Below are positions 10,619-20,526 of a stretch of 64,000 nt of DNA, in pieces (positions within the stretch are counted from its first letter, which is position 1; the number at the start of each line of letters is the position of its first letter). This stretch comes from an uncultured Chloroflexia bacterium. Lineage in GTDB: Bacteria > Chloroflexota > Limnocylindria > Limnocylindrales > CSP1-4. Made by a program: the position numbers and the translations under genes. The stretch lies in NCBI GenBank assembly GCA_963748625.1, contig CAVVJT010000007.1, positions 608,001 to 672,000 of the forward strand, given 5' to 3'. The notes under the pieces are model-generated. The model saw only the letters and a program-made list of their open reading frames with translations. It did no database searches and had not been told where the DNA came from.

Positions 10619-11365
10619 ATGCAGTTCGACTGGCGCGCAGACGCGCTCCTCGTGGTTGCTGCAGCCGTGATGGGCTGCGGGCAACCATCGGCGGTGGGCT
10701 CTCCCGCCTCAATAGGCTCCCCGGAGGCGCCGGTGATGGCGGCATCAATCCCGCCCAGTGCGCGACCAGTTCCCGCGGTGCCCGACGTGTCGCCTGCACC
10801 ATCGGCCCCCACCGCGTCATCGACCCCTACCGCGTCGGCGGCAGCGGTGCCACCGGCATCGGTGGTACCGGCGTCCGGCGGGACAACGTTCACGTTCGAT
10901 GCCATCACGGTGACCCTGCCGGCGGGGTACGTGGCGGACAGCGAGGTGGACGAGGGCCTCGGCTTCCGTCCTGAGGCCCCCCTTCTCACCGCGCGGACGG
11001 CCGAGGCCAACCCCTCCGCCTTCCGACTGGGGCACCTGATGCCCAGTTGGGACGAGGGCGATCCGGAGGCCATTGGGACCAGCGTCGTCCAGGACTACTT
11101 CGCGCCCCTCCTCGGCAACGTCGGCATTCTGGGCTTCACCGGTCGCGAACTCGAGGTCGCGGGCGCATCGGCCTACGAAACCGTGCTGGTCTCCAACCGG
11201 TCCACGGATGGGGAGTTCCTGATCGTCGACATCGTGGTCGTCGATACCGACGCGGCCGGACTCTATCTCGAGCTCATGAAGGCGTATCCGGCCGATGCGG
11301 ACGTGCCCGAAGGCGTGTTCCTGCCGGACCTCCGCACCATCGCGGAGTCCGTGGCGCTCCCCTGA
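10619..11365 (+). CDS. Hypothetical lipoprotein with Pro/Ala/Ser-rich linker
   Basis: GGAGG RBS, hydrophobic signal ending AVMGC. Confidence 0.55.
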   Translation: MQFDWRADALLVVAAAVMGCGQPSAVGSPASIGSPEAPVMAASIPPSARPVPAVPDVSPAPSAPTASSTPTASAAAVPPASVVPASGGTTFTFDAITVTLPAGYVADSEVDEGLGFRPEAPLLTARTAEANPSAFRLGHLMPSWDEGDPEAIGTSVVQDYFAPLLGNVGILGFTGRELEVAGASAYETVLVSNRSTDGEFLIVDIVVVDTDAAGLYLELMKAYPADADVPEGVFLPDLRTIAESVALP

Positions 11366-11486
11366 GGTGCCAGCCGGGAGCGCACCGAGTGCTCCGGCAG
11401 GCGGCAAGCGGACATCGCTCGCCAGGCTGTCGCCCACCATAGGGTGTCGCCCGACTTGACAGTCTCCGGTAGCCTTACCGGGCATC

Positions 11487-12086
11487 GTGCGAACCAGGAT
11501 CATCGTCGCGCTCGCAGCCCTCATGGCCGCCTCCGCCCTGGTCGCCGCACCCGGTCCGGCTGGCTCACAGGGCACGAGCGACGCCGCGGGGATCGACCAA
11601 GGGTCACTGACTCGGATCTCGATCGCGCTACCTGTTGGCGCTGCGACGACGGCGAGCTACGAACAAATCACCTCGATGGCTTCAGCCAACCGGCTCGGGC
11701 CGGCCGCGGCATTTGTCGAACCGGCCCCGTCGACCGCCGCCCCCGTGAAGCCCGCGATCAGCCAGCCGAACCCGAAAGGCACGAAGGTGCCCAAGAACTA
11801 CTGGCGGTTCGATCCCGACATCAGCTGGTACGGGCCACACTTCTACGGCTCGGGCACGGCGTGCGGCCAGAAGTACACCCGCGAGATCATGGGCGTCGCC
11901 CATCGCTCGCTGCCCTGCGGCACGCTCGTCACGTTCCGCAACCCGAAGAACGGACGCCAGGTCACCGTCCCCGTGATCGACCGCGGACCGTACGTGGCCG
12001 GGCGGACCTGGGACATGTCGAAGGGCCTGTGCGACTACCTTGATCACTGCTACACCGGGTCGATCGAGTGGCGCTGGGGCCGCTGA
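11487..12086 (+). CDS. Secreted RlpA-like double-psi beta-barrel protein
   Basis: Signal peptide; SWYG..FYG..TACG, VAHRSLPCGT, V.VIDRGPY motifs. Confidence 0.8.
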   Translation: MRTRIIVALAALMAASALVAAPGPAGSQGTSDAAGIDQGSLTRISIALPVGAATTASYEQITSMASANRLGPAAAFVEPAPSTAAPVKPAISQPNPKGTKVPKNYWRFDPDISWYGPHFYGSGTACGQKYTREIMGVAHRSLPCGTLVTFRNPKNGRQVTVPVIDRGPYVAGRTWDMSKGLCDYLDHCYTGSIEWRWGR

Positions 12087-12115
12087 CGGCCTGAGGCATC
12101 GCTAGGGAGCCTGGC

Positions 12116-12880
12116 ATGCGACTGCTGCACATGGTGGCACTCGGCGGTGCACTGCTGATCGCCGCCGCCTGCGGGTCATCGACGCCGACCGGGCCGGCAG
12201 ATGGGGCGACAGGCGAGCCGACTGCAGGGCCGACACTCCCGACCGCCGATGCAAGCGCGCTCCGCTACACTTGCGACAGCCGATTCCCGTTCACCGCTGA
12301 CCTGCTGACCCGCCCTGGTGGCGACGAGCTGGCGGCCACCCCGCTGGCGGCCGCGCTGCGTGCCCACCTCGCGAAGCAGGACCTGGACATCGACTGGCTG
12401 CCCGACTCCGGGTGGACGCTGCTGGGCGAGGACGAGACTGGCGCCGCGTTCATCGCGCCCGGCGGCGACACCGGGCTGCTCACCGTCTCGCTCGACCACG
12501 TCGGTCGTGTCTGGGCCGTGAACGGCTGGGGTGACTGCCAGCCGATGCGGGTCCTTCCGCCGGGCCTGGGTGATGCGACGTGGGCCTTGCCGCCCGAGGC
12601 GGCGATCGGGCCTGCCACCACTGAGTTCGTCGCGCTCGTCACGGAGCGGGACTGTGCGTCCGGCAGCCCGTCGGTGGGTCGCGTCGTGGGTCCCGACATC
12701 CTGCTGCTCGAGGACCGGGTCCTGGTCACGTTCGGCGTGCGCCCGCTCGGCGGGGACGCCCAGACCTGCCAGGGCAACCCGGCCACGCCGGTCAGCGTGG
12801 TGCTGCCCGAGCCGCTCGGCGACCGCAAGCTGCTCGACGGGTCCACGCTGCCCCCGCGGGACCCCACCGCCGAGCCGTAA
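12116..12880 (+). CDS. Hypothetical lipoprotein
   Basis: LIAAAC lipobox; paired Cys; ERDCASG and LPEPLGDRKLLDG motifs. Confidence 0.6.
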   Translation: MRLLHMVALGGALLIAAACGSSTPTGPADGATGEPTAGPTLPTADASALRYTCDSRFPFTADLLTRPGGDELAATPLAAALRAHLAKQDLDIDWLPDSGWTLLGEDETGAAFIAPGGDTGLLTVSLDHVGRVWAVNGWGDCQPMRVLPPGLGDATWALPPEAAIGPATTEFVALVTERDCASGSPSVGRVVGPDILLLEDRVLVTFGVRPLGGDAQTCQGNPATPVSVVLPEPLGDRKLLDGSTLPPRDPTAEP

Positions 12881-12906
12881 CGGCTGCGGCGCCCGTTCCC
12901 ACAGGT

Positions 12907-13020
12907 TGCCCCACCTGGGGGGCGTTTCGGGGCCGTCCACGCACGGCCTGCGTCGCAAACCCCGAGTTGCGCGCCCGGACCACGCTCACGACCCCCGGAT
13001 CTGGCCCCGCACGTGGGGCG
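12907..13020 (+). repeat. REPIN-like dispersed element, subfamily 1
   Basis: CCCCAC..GGGG palindromic boxes 95 bp apart, core CAAACCCCGA...CCCGGACCACGCTCA. Confidence 0.85.
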
Positions 13021-13057
13021 GCGTGCAGGAACCCGCCCGGCGACGCACCCCGGTGGC

Positions 13058-13309
13058 TCAGCCCTCGGCGATGGGCTCGTTCGTGCGGTCCACGAGAAAG
13101 CGCCAGTCCACCGGTCCCTGTTCCAGCCAGGTCCAGGCGAACCGCCCCGGATGCTCGGCGGCCAGCCGCACCGACAGCCCGGACGAGTCGTGGTCGTTCG
13201 TGACCTCCATCGACTCGCCCGGCTGGAGCCCGAACAACGTGGCGAACAGCAGCTCGTGGCGGGGATCCATGGGCATGCCGCGCAGGTCGATGCGCGTGGG
13301 CTCGGACAT
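13058..13309 (-). CDS. DUF2249 domain protein
   Basis: IDLR..P..RH..LF.....L.PGE....NDHD...W..LEQGP..WR pattern; AAGGAG RBS. Confidence 0.8.
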   Translation of the reverse strand: MSEPTRIDLRGMPMDPRHELLFATLFGLQPGESMEVTNDHDSSGLSVRLAAEHPGRFAWTWLEQGPVDWRFLVDRTNEPIAEG

Positions 13310-13379
13310 GAGTGCGGACTCCTTGACGACTGGCGGCGGGACGCAACGGGCTTGAAATGTACGGTAGACGACGTGTAAA

Positions 13380-14051
13380 ATGCAAGCCATGCAGGCCATA
13401 CCGCCGCTCGACCGCCATGCCGCCCTCGCAGACCCGTCCCGGCGGGCGCTGCTGGACGCGCTCCGGCACGCGGACGGGAAGCCCCAGGACGTGCGGACGC
13501 TGGCGGCCGCGGTCGGCCTCCACCCCAACAGCGCCCGGGAGCAGCTCGCCCGCCTCGCGGATGCGGGCCTGGTGCGCGTCGCGACGGCGGCCCCTGCCGG
13601 ACGCGGCCGTCCGGGCCTGCGCTACCAGGCCGTGCCTGAGTCGACCAGCGACCCCTTCCGCGTCCTCGCCTCGGCCCTCGCCGAAGGACTCGCCAGCGTC
13701 CCTGGTGGGGCTGCGCTGAGCACCGCCGCCGGTGAGCGCTGGGGCCGCGAGGCCGCGGCCACCCTCCCCCCGACCGACCGCGCGAACGCGCTCCACGCGG
13801 TTGTCGCGCTCATGCACGAGGCCGGGTTCGCGCCCGAGCCCGTCGCCGCGGGCGACACCGAGGTCCGCCTCCACGCCTGTCCGTTCCTGCCCCTCGACCC
13901 GCGTCACCTCGACGTCGTCTGCGGCGTCCACCTCGGCTTCATGCGCGGCGCGCTCCGCGAGCTCGAGGCCCCTGTCGACGCCACCTCCATCCACCCGTTC
14001 AGCGAGCCCGGCGCCTGCAGCGCCCGCCTGGAGACCCGCCCCGATGCATGA
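13380..14051 (+). CDS. ArsR/SufR-like HTH transcriptional regulator with Cys ligands
   Basis: ALADPSRR, LHPNSAREQL..L, GRGRP, LHACPF..VCGVH...C. Confidence 0.8.
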   Translation: MQAMQAIPPLDRHAALADPSRRALLDALRHADGKPQDVRTLAAAVGLHPNSAREQLARLADAGLVRVATAAPAGRGRPGLRYQAVPESTSDPFRVLASALAEGLASVPGGAALSTAAGERWGREAAATLPPTDRANALHAVVALMHEAGFAPEPVAAGDTEVRLHACPFLPLDPRHLDVVCGVHLGFMRGALRELEAPVDATSIHPFSEPGACSARLETRPDA

Positions 14052-14364
14052 GACCGCCGACGCCGACATCGCCCCGATCCTGGAGGCACTGCGCTCCGTG
14101 ATGGATCCCGAGCTCGGCGTGAACATCGTGGATCTCGGTCTGGTCTACAGTGTCCAGCAGTATGACGACGGCGATGTCTACGTGACGATGACAGTGACCA
14201 CGCCCGCCTGCCCCATCGGGAGCTTCCTCGAGCAGCAGGTCCGCTGGGCCGTCATGTCCATTCCGGACGTGGGGGCTGTCGAGGTTGAGGTCGTGCATAC
14301 CCCGCCCTGGTCGCCTGCCCTGATGACCGACACCGCCCGCGCGACCCTCGGGTGGTCGTCATGA
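14044..14364 (+). CDS. Metal-sulfur cluster assembly factor (DUF59/SufT/PaaD-like)
   Basis: DPELGVNIVDLGLVY, MTVTTPACP, PPWS. Confidence 0.9.
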   Translation: MHETADADIAPILEALRSVMDPELGVNIVDLGLVYSVQQYDDGDVYVTMTVTTPACPIGSFLEQQVRWAVMSIPDVGAVEVEVVHTPPWSPALMTDTARATLGWSS

Positions 14365-15545
14365 CCACGGACGCCGCCCCTTCGGCCCCTTCGGCTCCAT
14401 CGGTCCGGCCCGCCCGGACCCGACCGCGAGCCGAGGTGCCGCGACCCTCGCTCCGCCGCGTGGCTCTGCTGATGCTGGCAGCCGTGTCGCTGATCGCGGC
14501 ACTCCTGGGTGCGCTCGCGCTCCTCGGCGTGCCGTCCACCCCTGCCGGTCCGCGGTTCGCGGGTTCCCACGGCCTGCTGATGACCCTTGGCTTCCTGGCG
14601 ACGCTCGTCGCGCTGGAGCGCGCGGTGGCGCTCGACCGGGCGTGGGCGTACCTGGCGCCGGCCGCATCAGGCGTCGCCGGCCTCCTGCTGGTGGGCGGCG
14701 GCTGGCGCGAGGCCGCGCTGGTCCTCATGCTTCTCGCGGCGCTCCTCTACCTCGCGGTCTACGTGGAGCTCCTCCGCCTCGACCCGTCCCTGCACACGTT
14801 CGTCCAGGCGTCGGGTGGCCTCGGCTGGCTCCTCGCAGCGTCGCTCCTCGTCCTCGGCAGGCCTGTCGCCGACGCAACGCCGGGCCTCTCCGCGTTCCTC
14901 GTGCTCACGGTGGTCGGCGAGCGGCTGGAGCTCGCGCGCCTCGGCAACCTCACCGCAGGCAAGAAGCGCCTGTTCGTCGTCGCAGCATCGCTGTTCGGTG
15001 CAGGCGTCGCCCTTGCCGTCATCCAGCCGAACCTCGGACTGCGGCTCGGCGGCGTCGGCCTGATCGCCCTTGCCGCGTGGCTCGCCCGCTTCGACATCGC
15101 CCGGCGCACCGTGCGCATCCCGGGCGTCACCCGGTTCATCGCCCTGTGCCTGCTCGCGGGCTACGTCTGGCTCGCCGTCGGCGGGGCCGCCTGGCTGGCG
15201 TGGGGCATCGACGCGACGCCCCTCCAGCGCGACGCGATGCTGCACGCGATCTTCCTGGGCTTCGTGATCTCGATGGTCTTCGGCCACGCGCCGGTGATCC
15301 TGCCCGCCGTCCTGAAGGTGCCACTGCCGTACCACCCCTGGTTCTACGGGCACTTCCTGCTGCTCCAGGCCGGACTCCTGGTGCGTGTGATCGGCGGCGA
15401 TGTCTTCGACCAGACCTGGGCCTGGCAGGCCGGCGGCGTCATGACGGTGTCCGCGGTGCTGCTGTTCCTGGTGGCGTCGGTGACATCCGCGGCCGGGGCG
15501 ATGTGGTCGATGCGGTCCCCCCGCCCGAGCCGCCCGACCGGCTAG
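14361..15545 (+). CDS. NnrS-like multi-pass membrane protein
   Basis: About 12 TM; HGLLM.LGF...LVALERAVAL, GERLELAR, LHAIFLGFV..MVFGHAP. Confidence 0.65.
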   Translation: MTTDAAPSAPSAPSVRPARTRPRAEVPRPSLRRVALLMLAAVSLIAALLGALALLGVPSTPAGPRFAGSHGLLMTLGFLATLVALERAVALDRAWAYLAPAASGVAGLLLVGGGWREAALVLMLLAALLYLAVYVELLRLDPSLHTFVQASGGLGWLLAASLLVLGRPVADATPGLSAFLVLTVVGERLELARLGNLTAGKKRLFVVAASLFGAGVALAVIQPNLGLRLGGVGLIALAAWLARFDIARRTVRIPGVTRFIALCLLAGYVWLAVGGAAWLAWGIDATPLQRDAMLHAIFLGFVISMVFGHAPVILPAVLKVPLPYHPWFYGHFLLLQAGLLVRVIGGDVFDQTWAWQAGGVMTVSAVLLFLVASVTSAAGAMWSMRSPRPSRPTG

Positions 15546-15798
15546 CCCGGCGCGGTTCAGGCCGTAGCCCCCCGGCCGCGCCCGATCAATTCACCAGAGA
15601 CTCGATTCCGCCCTCGGCGTGCGGAGGTGGACGGCCGCACCTCGACCAAGAAGGCACGAGCCACGCTCGCGGATGCGCGATCGGGTGCGCAGGTGAATTG
15701 CCCGACGGCTGAAGTCGATGCGGGGGCTCGGGGGCGTGACGGCCCGGTCCGGAGCCCCGGGGCGCGGCTCAGGCCGCCGGGGCGCGGCTCAGGCCGTC

Positions 15799-16245
15799 CT
15801 AGCGCGACGCCCGCAGGTGCTCCACCAGCGCATCCAGCCCCAGCACATACCCGGCCGGCCCCAGTCCCTTGAACGTCGCGACCGCCACGTCGTGCAGGTA
15901 GTTCACCCGCCGGAACGGCTCGCGCTGGTCCGGATCGGAGAGGTGGACCTCCACGAACGGCCGCGCCACCCCCAGCAGCGCGTCCCGCAGGGCGACGCTC
16001 GTGTGGGTCAGGCCGCCGGCGTTGATCACGACGCCGTCGAAATTCCGCTCATGGAGCCGGTCGATGATCCGGCCCTCGTGGTTCGACTGGAAGAAGGCGA
16101 GGCTGACATCGACAAGCTCCACCGCGCGCGCCCGCACCCGGTCGTGGATCTGGTCGAGCGTCTCCGAGCCGTAGATCGAGGGCTCGCGCGTGCCCACCAG
16201 GTTCAGGTTCGGCCCGTCGACCACCAGGACCCGGAGCGTGTTCAC
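15799..16245 (-). CDS. aroQ: Type II 3-dehydroquinate dehydratase
   Basis: GPNLNL.G.REP.IYG, QSNHEG, THTSVALRDA, EVHLS. Confidence 0.95.
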   Translation of the reverse strand: MNTLRVLVVDGPNLNLVGTREPSIYGSETLDQIHDRVRARAVELVDVSLAFFQSNHEGRIIDRLHERNFDGVVINAGGLTHTSVALRDALLGVARPFVEVHLSDPDQREPFRRVNYLHDVAVATFKGLGPAGYVLGLDALVEHLRASR

Positions 16246-16246
16246 C

Positions 16247-17626
16247 CTACGACCCCAGCGGCTCGAACGTGGCCGTGAAGTGCCGCAGCTGCGCCGGCTG
16301 CTTCGCGATCCGGTACCCGCGCAGGGACGCGGAGCGCTTGGCCACGTCCTGGGCCACCTCGATCACGTAGTCGATGTGGCTCTGCGTGTACGTCCGGCGC
16401 GGGATCGCCAGGCGGACGAGGTCCATCGGCCCCTCCACCTCGGTGCCGTCGGGGCGCTTCCCGAACATGACCGTCCCGATCTCGCACCCGCGGATGCCGC
16501 CGGCCCGGTACAGCTCCACCGCGAGCGACTGGCCCGGGTACTGGAGCGGCGGGATGTGCGGCAGCAGCGCCCGCGCGTCGAGGTACACCGCGTGCCCGCC
16601 GAACGGCATCACGCAGGGGATCCCCGCCTCCACCAGCGCGTTGCCCAGGTACTCGGTCGACTTGATCCGGTAGCGCAGGTAGTCCTCGTCGACGACCTCC
16701 TTCAGCCCCTGGGCCATCGCCTCGAGGTCGCGGCCGGCCAGGCCGCCGTAGGTCGGGAAGCCCTCGGTCAGGATCAGCAGGTTGCGGCACTGCTCGGCGA
16801 GCGCGTCGTCGTTCATCGCCAGCCAGCCGCCGATGTTGACCAGCGCGTCCTTCTTGGCCGACATCGTCATGCCGTCCACGAGGGACCCGATCTCCCGCAC
16901 GATCTCCTTGACCGACCGATCGCCCTGGCCCGGCTCGCGGGTCTTGATGAACCACGCGTTCTCGGCGAACCGGCAGCCGTCAAGGAAGAGGGGTTTGCCG
17001 AACCGGTCGCAGACCTCGCGCACCGCGCGCAGGTTCGCCAGGCTCACCGGCTGGCCGCCGCCCGAGTTGTTGGTGATGGTGATCACGACCAGCGGGATCG
17101 CGTCGCCCCGCTCCTCGAGCAGCCGCGCCAGGGCCTCGGTGTCCATGTTCCCCTTGAAGGGGTGGATCAGCGCGGGCTGGCGGCCTTCGGCGATGACCAG
17201 GTCGATGGCCTCGGCGCCCGTGAACTCGACGTTGGCGCGGGTGGTGTCGAAGTGGGTGTTGTTCGGGACCACCTTGCCCGGGCCGCCGACCGCGGTGTAC
17301 AGGATCTTCTCGGCGGCGCGGCCCTGGTGGGTAGGGATGACGTGCTTGAACGGGAAGAGGTCCTGGATCGCCTCCAGGAAGACGAACCACGACGGGGAGC
17401 CTGCGTACGACTCGTCACCGTGCTGGATCGCGGCCCACTGGTCGCGGCTCATGGCGCCGGTGCCGGAGTCGGTCAGGAGGTCGATGAGGACGTCGTTCGC
17501 GTGGAGGCTGAAGAGGTTCCAGCCGGCCCGCTCGAGGGCGGCCTCGCGCTCGGCCTCGGTGGTGAGCCGGATCGGCTCGACGGCGTGGATGCGGAAGGGC
17601 TCGATGATGGTCTGCCAGCGGTCCAT
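16247..17626 (-). CDS. tnaA: Tryptophanase / tyrosine phenol-lyase family beta-eliminating lyase
   Basis: EPFRI, IDLLTDSGT, GDESYAGS, HQGRAAE, MSAKKD (PLP Lys), EGFPTYGGLAGRD, RLAIPRR. Confidence 0.88.
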   Translation of the reverse strand: MDRWQTIIEPFRIHAVEPIRLTTEAEREAALERAGWNLFSLHANDVLIDLLTDSGTGAMSRDQWAAIQHGDESYAGSPSWFVFLEAIQDLFPFKHVIPTHQGRAAEKILYTAVGGPGKVVPNNTHFDTTRANVEFTGAEAIDLVIAEGRQPALIHPFKGNMDTEALARLLEERGDAIPLVVITITNNSGGGQPVSLANLRAVREVCDRFGKPLFLDGCRFAENAWFIKTREPGQGDRSVKEIVREIGSLVDGMTMSAKKDALVNIGGWLAMNDDALAEQCRNLLILTEGFPTYGGLAGRDLEAMAQGLKEVVDEDYLRYRIKSTEYLGNALVEAGIPCVMPFGGHAVYLDARALLPHIPPLQYPGQSLAVELYRAGGIRGCEIGTVMFGKRPDGTEVEGPMDLVRLAIPRRTYTQSHIDYVIEVAQDVAKRSASLRGYRIAKQPAQLRHFTATFEPLGS

Positions 17627-17788
17627 GACGGCGAGGATACGCCGCACACCGATCCCGGAACGCCGGATTCCGACGGGCCCCGGCGACGGGGGCGCAGGCG
17701 GTGACGGCGCAGGCGCAGGGCGGGGCGGTCGCGGGTTTCCGCGCCGCGGCTCACGGTTTCTGCGGCGCGGCCCGCACCTTCAGCGCCT

Positions 17789-17901
17789 CGGCCCACGTGG
17801 GGGGCGAAATCGCGCCAGCCACGCACGGTCTGCGTGACAAACCCCGACTTCCGCACCCGGACCACGCTCAGGACGCGCCGAAACGGCCCCCACGTGGGGC
17901 A
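17789..17901 (+). repeat. REPIN-like dispersed element, subfamily 1
   Basis: Boxes at 17789 and 17884 with conserved core. Confidence 0.85.
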
Positions 17902-18099
17902 AACCGCCCCTTCCAGGCTCGACGCCGTCGGTATCCAGCCTCGACGCTGTCCGCATCCGAGCGCGACGCCGTCCGCCACGCGGCCGAGCGCGACACCACG
18001 CGTGCCCGGGCACGAATGCCCGAAAGGGCATGCGCGGGGGCTGGTGGCCCCACAGGTCGCGCAGTATCGTGTTGCTGCGTCCACGCGCCACGTTCGAGG

Positions 18100-19902
18100 A
18101 TGACCGTGTCAGACTCGTCCCTGCTCAGGGTCGGCTCCCGCGATCCACGCCGGCCGACGGGTACCGGCGTCCGCACGGCGTCGCCCGCCAAGCCAGGAGC
18201 CGGCGCCCGCACGGCAACGCCAGCCGATGACCTGCGCGAGGTTGCACCGCTGCTCGGGGCAGAACCGCGAGACCCGTCCGCCTCGTCCCTGGCCGCGCTC
18301 CAGCGGTTGGCCGGCAATGCCGCCGTCGGCTCGGTCATGAGGACCGTCCAGCGGTCCGTTCCCGAGGGGCTCGCCACCAGCCCGGCCACCGAGCGGCTCG
18401 CCACCCAGCTTGACGACGAGGACGAGGAAGGCGCCATCGCCACCTTCGAGGCACTGGGCGAGGACGAGACGGACACGGTCCTACGCAGCCGCGTCTGGCA
18501 GGACATGGGCACGTCCGCGTTCGGCAACGAGACGATGCACCGGGCGATGGTCGCCACCGGGTCGCGCGGGCTGCTGTTCAGCAAGCTCCTGTGGGAGTTC
18601 GACGAGGGCACGGACTTTGGGCAGGTGCGCGAGCTTGTCAACACGGCCCCAGAGCCGCAGCGGCGCCAGGTCATCACCGAGCCGTGGTTCCGCGACGAGT
18701 TCACCAGCATCTGCGACAACGAGACCATGGGCATCGCCGTGCGCCTGCTGGGCCCGCCGCTCGTCAACCAGCTCGACTGGATGATCGAGGAGGGCGTCGA
18801 CGAGCCGGAGTTCGTGCGCCTGATCGAGCAGTCCGCCCCCGACGACCTCCACGAGGCTGCCCGTGATGAGCCGCTCATGAGCCGGCTCCGCGACGAGGTC
18901 CCCGCGGAGTCGCGCGTGTTCACCGCGCTCGTCTCGGCCGGCTCCGTCTCGCCGGAGGGGGAGACGGCGGCGGCAGGCCGCTGGACCGAGGCCGATGCCG
19001 CGATGCTTCGGGCGGCGACGAGGCGGCTGGGCGTCATCGGCGCCCGCGCTGCCGCGCGCGTGCCGGCCGCCGTCAACGCCCTGGACGAGACGTCCTACGA
19101 GGCATTCCGCACCACGCTCGGGGCCGCCGGATCGGACACGGAGCGGGCGTACATCTGCAAGGGCCTCGCCGCGGGGCACACCATCACGGAGCTCGAGGAG
19201 TTCGCCCTCCTGATCCGGGGCATGAGCGACGACTGGCTCCTCCTCAACCTCAACGTCGTCCGGGTCACCACCACCGGCGACACCAGCAGCGGCGCCGGCA
19301 TCATCCAGCAGTTCCACAACAGCTGCGGCCCCACCTCGGTGCAGACGGTCGTGGCCCAGTCCGATCCCGTGTACGCCCTCACCCTCAACTCGTCCGGGCC
19401 CATCGGCGCGGCCCCGGACTTCGCCCTCTCCAGCCCCGAGACGGTCCAGAACGACCTTGCGGCGGCGGAGCAGGGTGCCATCCTGAACGCCCACGCCATG
19501 GGCAACTCGGGCAATGCCCCGGAGGACCGGGAGCTGGGCGGGACCCAGACCAGGGGCGGCGCGTGGGTCGAGGACGACATGAACGCCCGCAGGGCCGCGA
19601 CGGGGGTCACCTACGAGCGGAAGAACGTGCCGGGACAGATCGGGGTCGAGGAGCTCCTGGCCATCCTCACCGTCAATCTCGGGATGGGGATCGAGGTTCC
19701 CATCATCGTCGGGCAGACGCCCGGTGCCTACTCGCACTACGTCGTGGTGATCCGCAAGGAGGGCGACCGGTACCAGATCCACGACGTCTGGGCGGGCCAG
19801 ACCGTGTGGCGCACGTCCGAGGCATTCCGCTCCGGAACCCTCAACCTGCCCAGCAACCACCTCATGGTCACGGCCGTCGCCGAGCCGACACTCGCGGCCT
19901 AG
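18100..19902 (+). CDS. Putative eCIS/polymorphic-toxin-like protein with C-terminal papain/C39-like peptidase domain
   Basis: LQRLAGNAAV...VQR motif; two internal NETM...GTD/GVDE repeats; QQ...SCGPTS...SHYVV...IHD putative catalytic residues. Confidence 0.55.
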   Translation: MTVSDSSLLRVGSRDPRRPTGTGVRTASPAKPGAGARTATPADDLREVAPLLGAEPRDPSASSLAALQRLAGNAAVGSVMRTVQRSVPEGLATSPATERLATQLDDEDEEGAIATFEALGEDETDTVLRSRVWQDMGTSAFGNETMHRAMVATGSRGLLFSKLLWEFDEGTDFGQVRELVNTAPEPQRRQVITEPWFRDEFTSICDNETMGIAVRLLGPPLVNQLDWMIEEGVDEPEFVRLIEQSAPDDLHEAARDEPLMSRLRDEVPAESRVFTALVSAGSVSPEGETAAAGRWTEADAAMLRAATRRLGVIGARAAARVPAAVNALDETSYEAFRTTLGAAGSDTERAYICKGLAAGHTITELEEFALLIRGMSDDWLLLNLNVVRVTTTGDTSSGAGIIQQFHNSCGPTSVQTVVAQSDPVYALTLNSSGPIGAAPDFALSSPETVQNDLAAAEQGAILNAHAMGNSGNAPEDRELGGTQTRGGAWVEDDMNARRAATGVTYERKNVPGQIGVEELLAILTVNLGMGIEVPIIVGQTPGAYSHYVVVIRKEGDRYQIHDVWAGQTVWRTSEAFRSGTLNLPSNHLMVTAVAEPTLAA

Positions 19903-19917
19903 GAGAGGACCACGGCG

Positions 19918-20397
19918 ATGGACTCGGCGATGACCGGCACCCAGGAGCATGACGACCGGGACCAGTCGCGCGACGAGCTCCTCGCCGTGGACGTGCCGGC
20001 GATCCTCGCCGCCGGGATCTCCGACGGCAGCGGCGCCATGCGGGGCCCCGTGCAGGGGACGGCGTCCGCTGCGGCGGCGGTCCAGCTCGGGGAGGACGGG
20101 CTCCCGGTTGAGATGCTCGGGCGGATCCTGACGATGATCCATCGCCACACCCTCGCCGCTGCCCGAGCGAACCAGGACGTGATCGTGGAGGAGCCGGCGA
20201 AGCGCGGGTTCCCGCGCGCGGCCGCCATCGTGCGGGCAGGGATCGAGGCCTGCCGGGACGATGCCGACTACGTCCTCTTCGCGCGCTGGCTCGCGAACGT
20301 GTACGGGATCCTCGCCCTGCGCGCGGCCGATCCCGCGGCCGATCCCGGGCCCGCCATCGGCGCAGCGGATGCAGACCCCGCCATGCCGGGCAGCTGA
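19918..20397 (+). CDS. Hypothetical protein
   Basis: 159-aa ORF with GGAGAGGA RBS directly after the previous gene. Confidence 0.5.
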   Translation: MDSAMTGTQEHDDRDQSRDELLAVDVPAILAAGISDGSGAMRGPVQGTASAAAAVQLGEDGLPVEMLGRILTMIHRHTLAAARANQDVIVEEPAKRGFPRAAAIVRAGIEACRDDADYVLFARWLANVYGILALRAADPAADPGPAIGAADADPAMPGS

Positions 20398-20526
20398 CCG
20401 CGCCACACGGCTGACCGTGCCACAATTCGGCATCCGTCGCGCACCGTCGCGCGACTGGGATCCGGCAGCGACGTCCCGCGCCGCCCACCTCCGAGCAATG
20501 ACGACAGCGACGTAGGAGCACCACGC

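Noticed and set aside
12907-13020. Dispersed elements as integron attC sites
   Set aside because: No RYYYAAC/GTTRRRY ends, no integrase, and the flanking genes include multi-gene operons in both orientations
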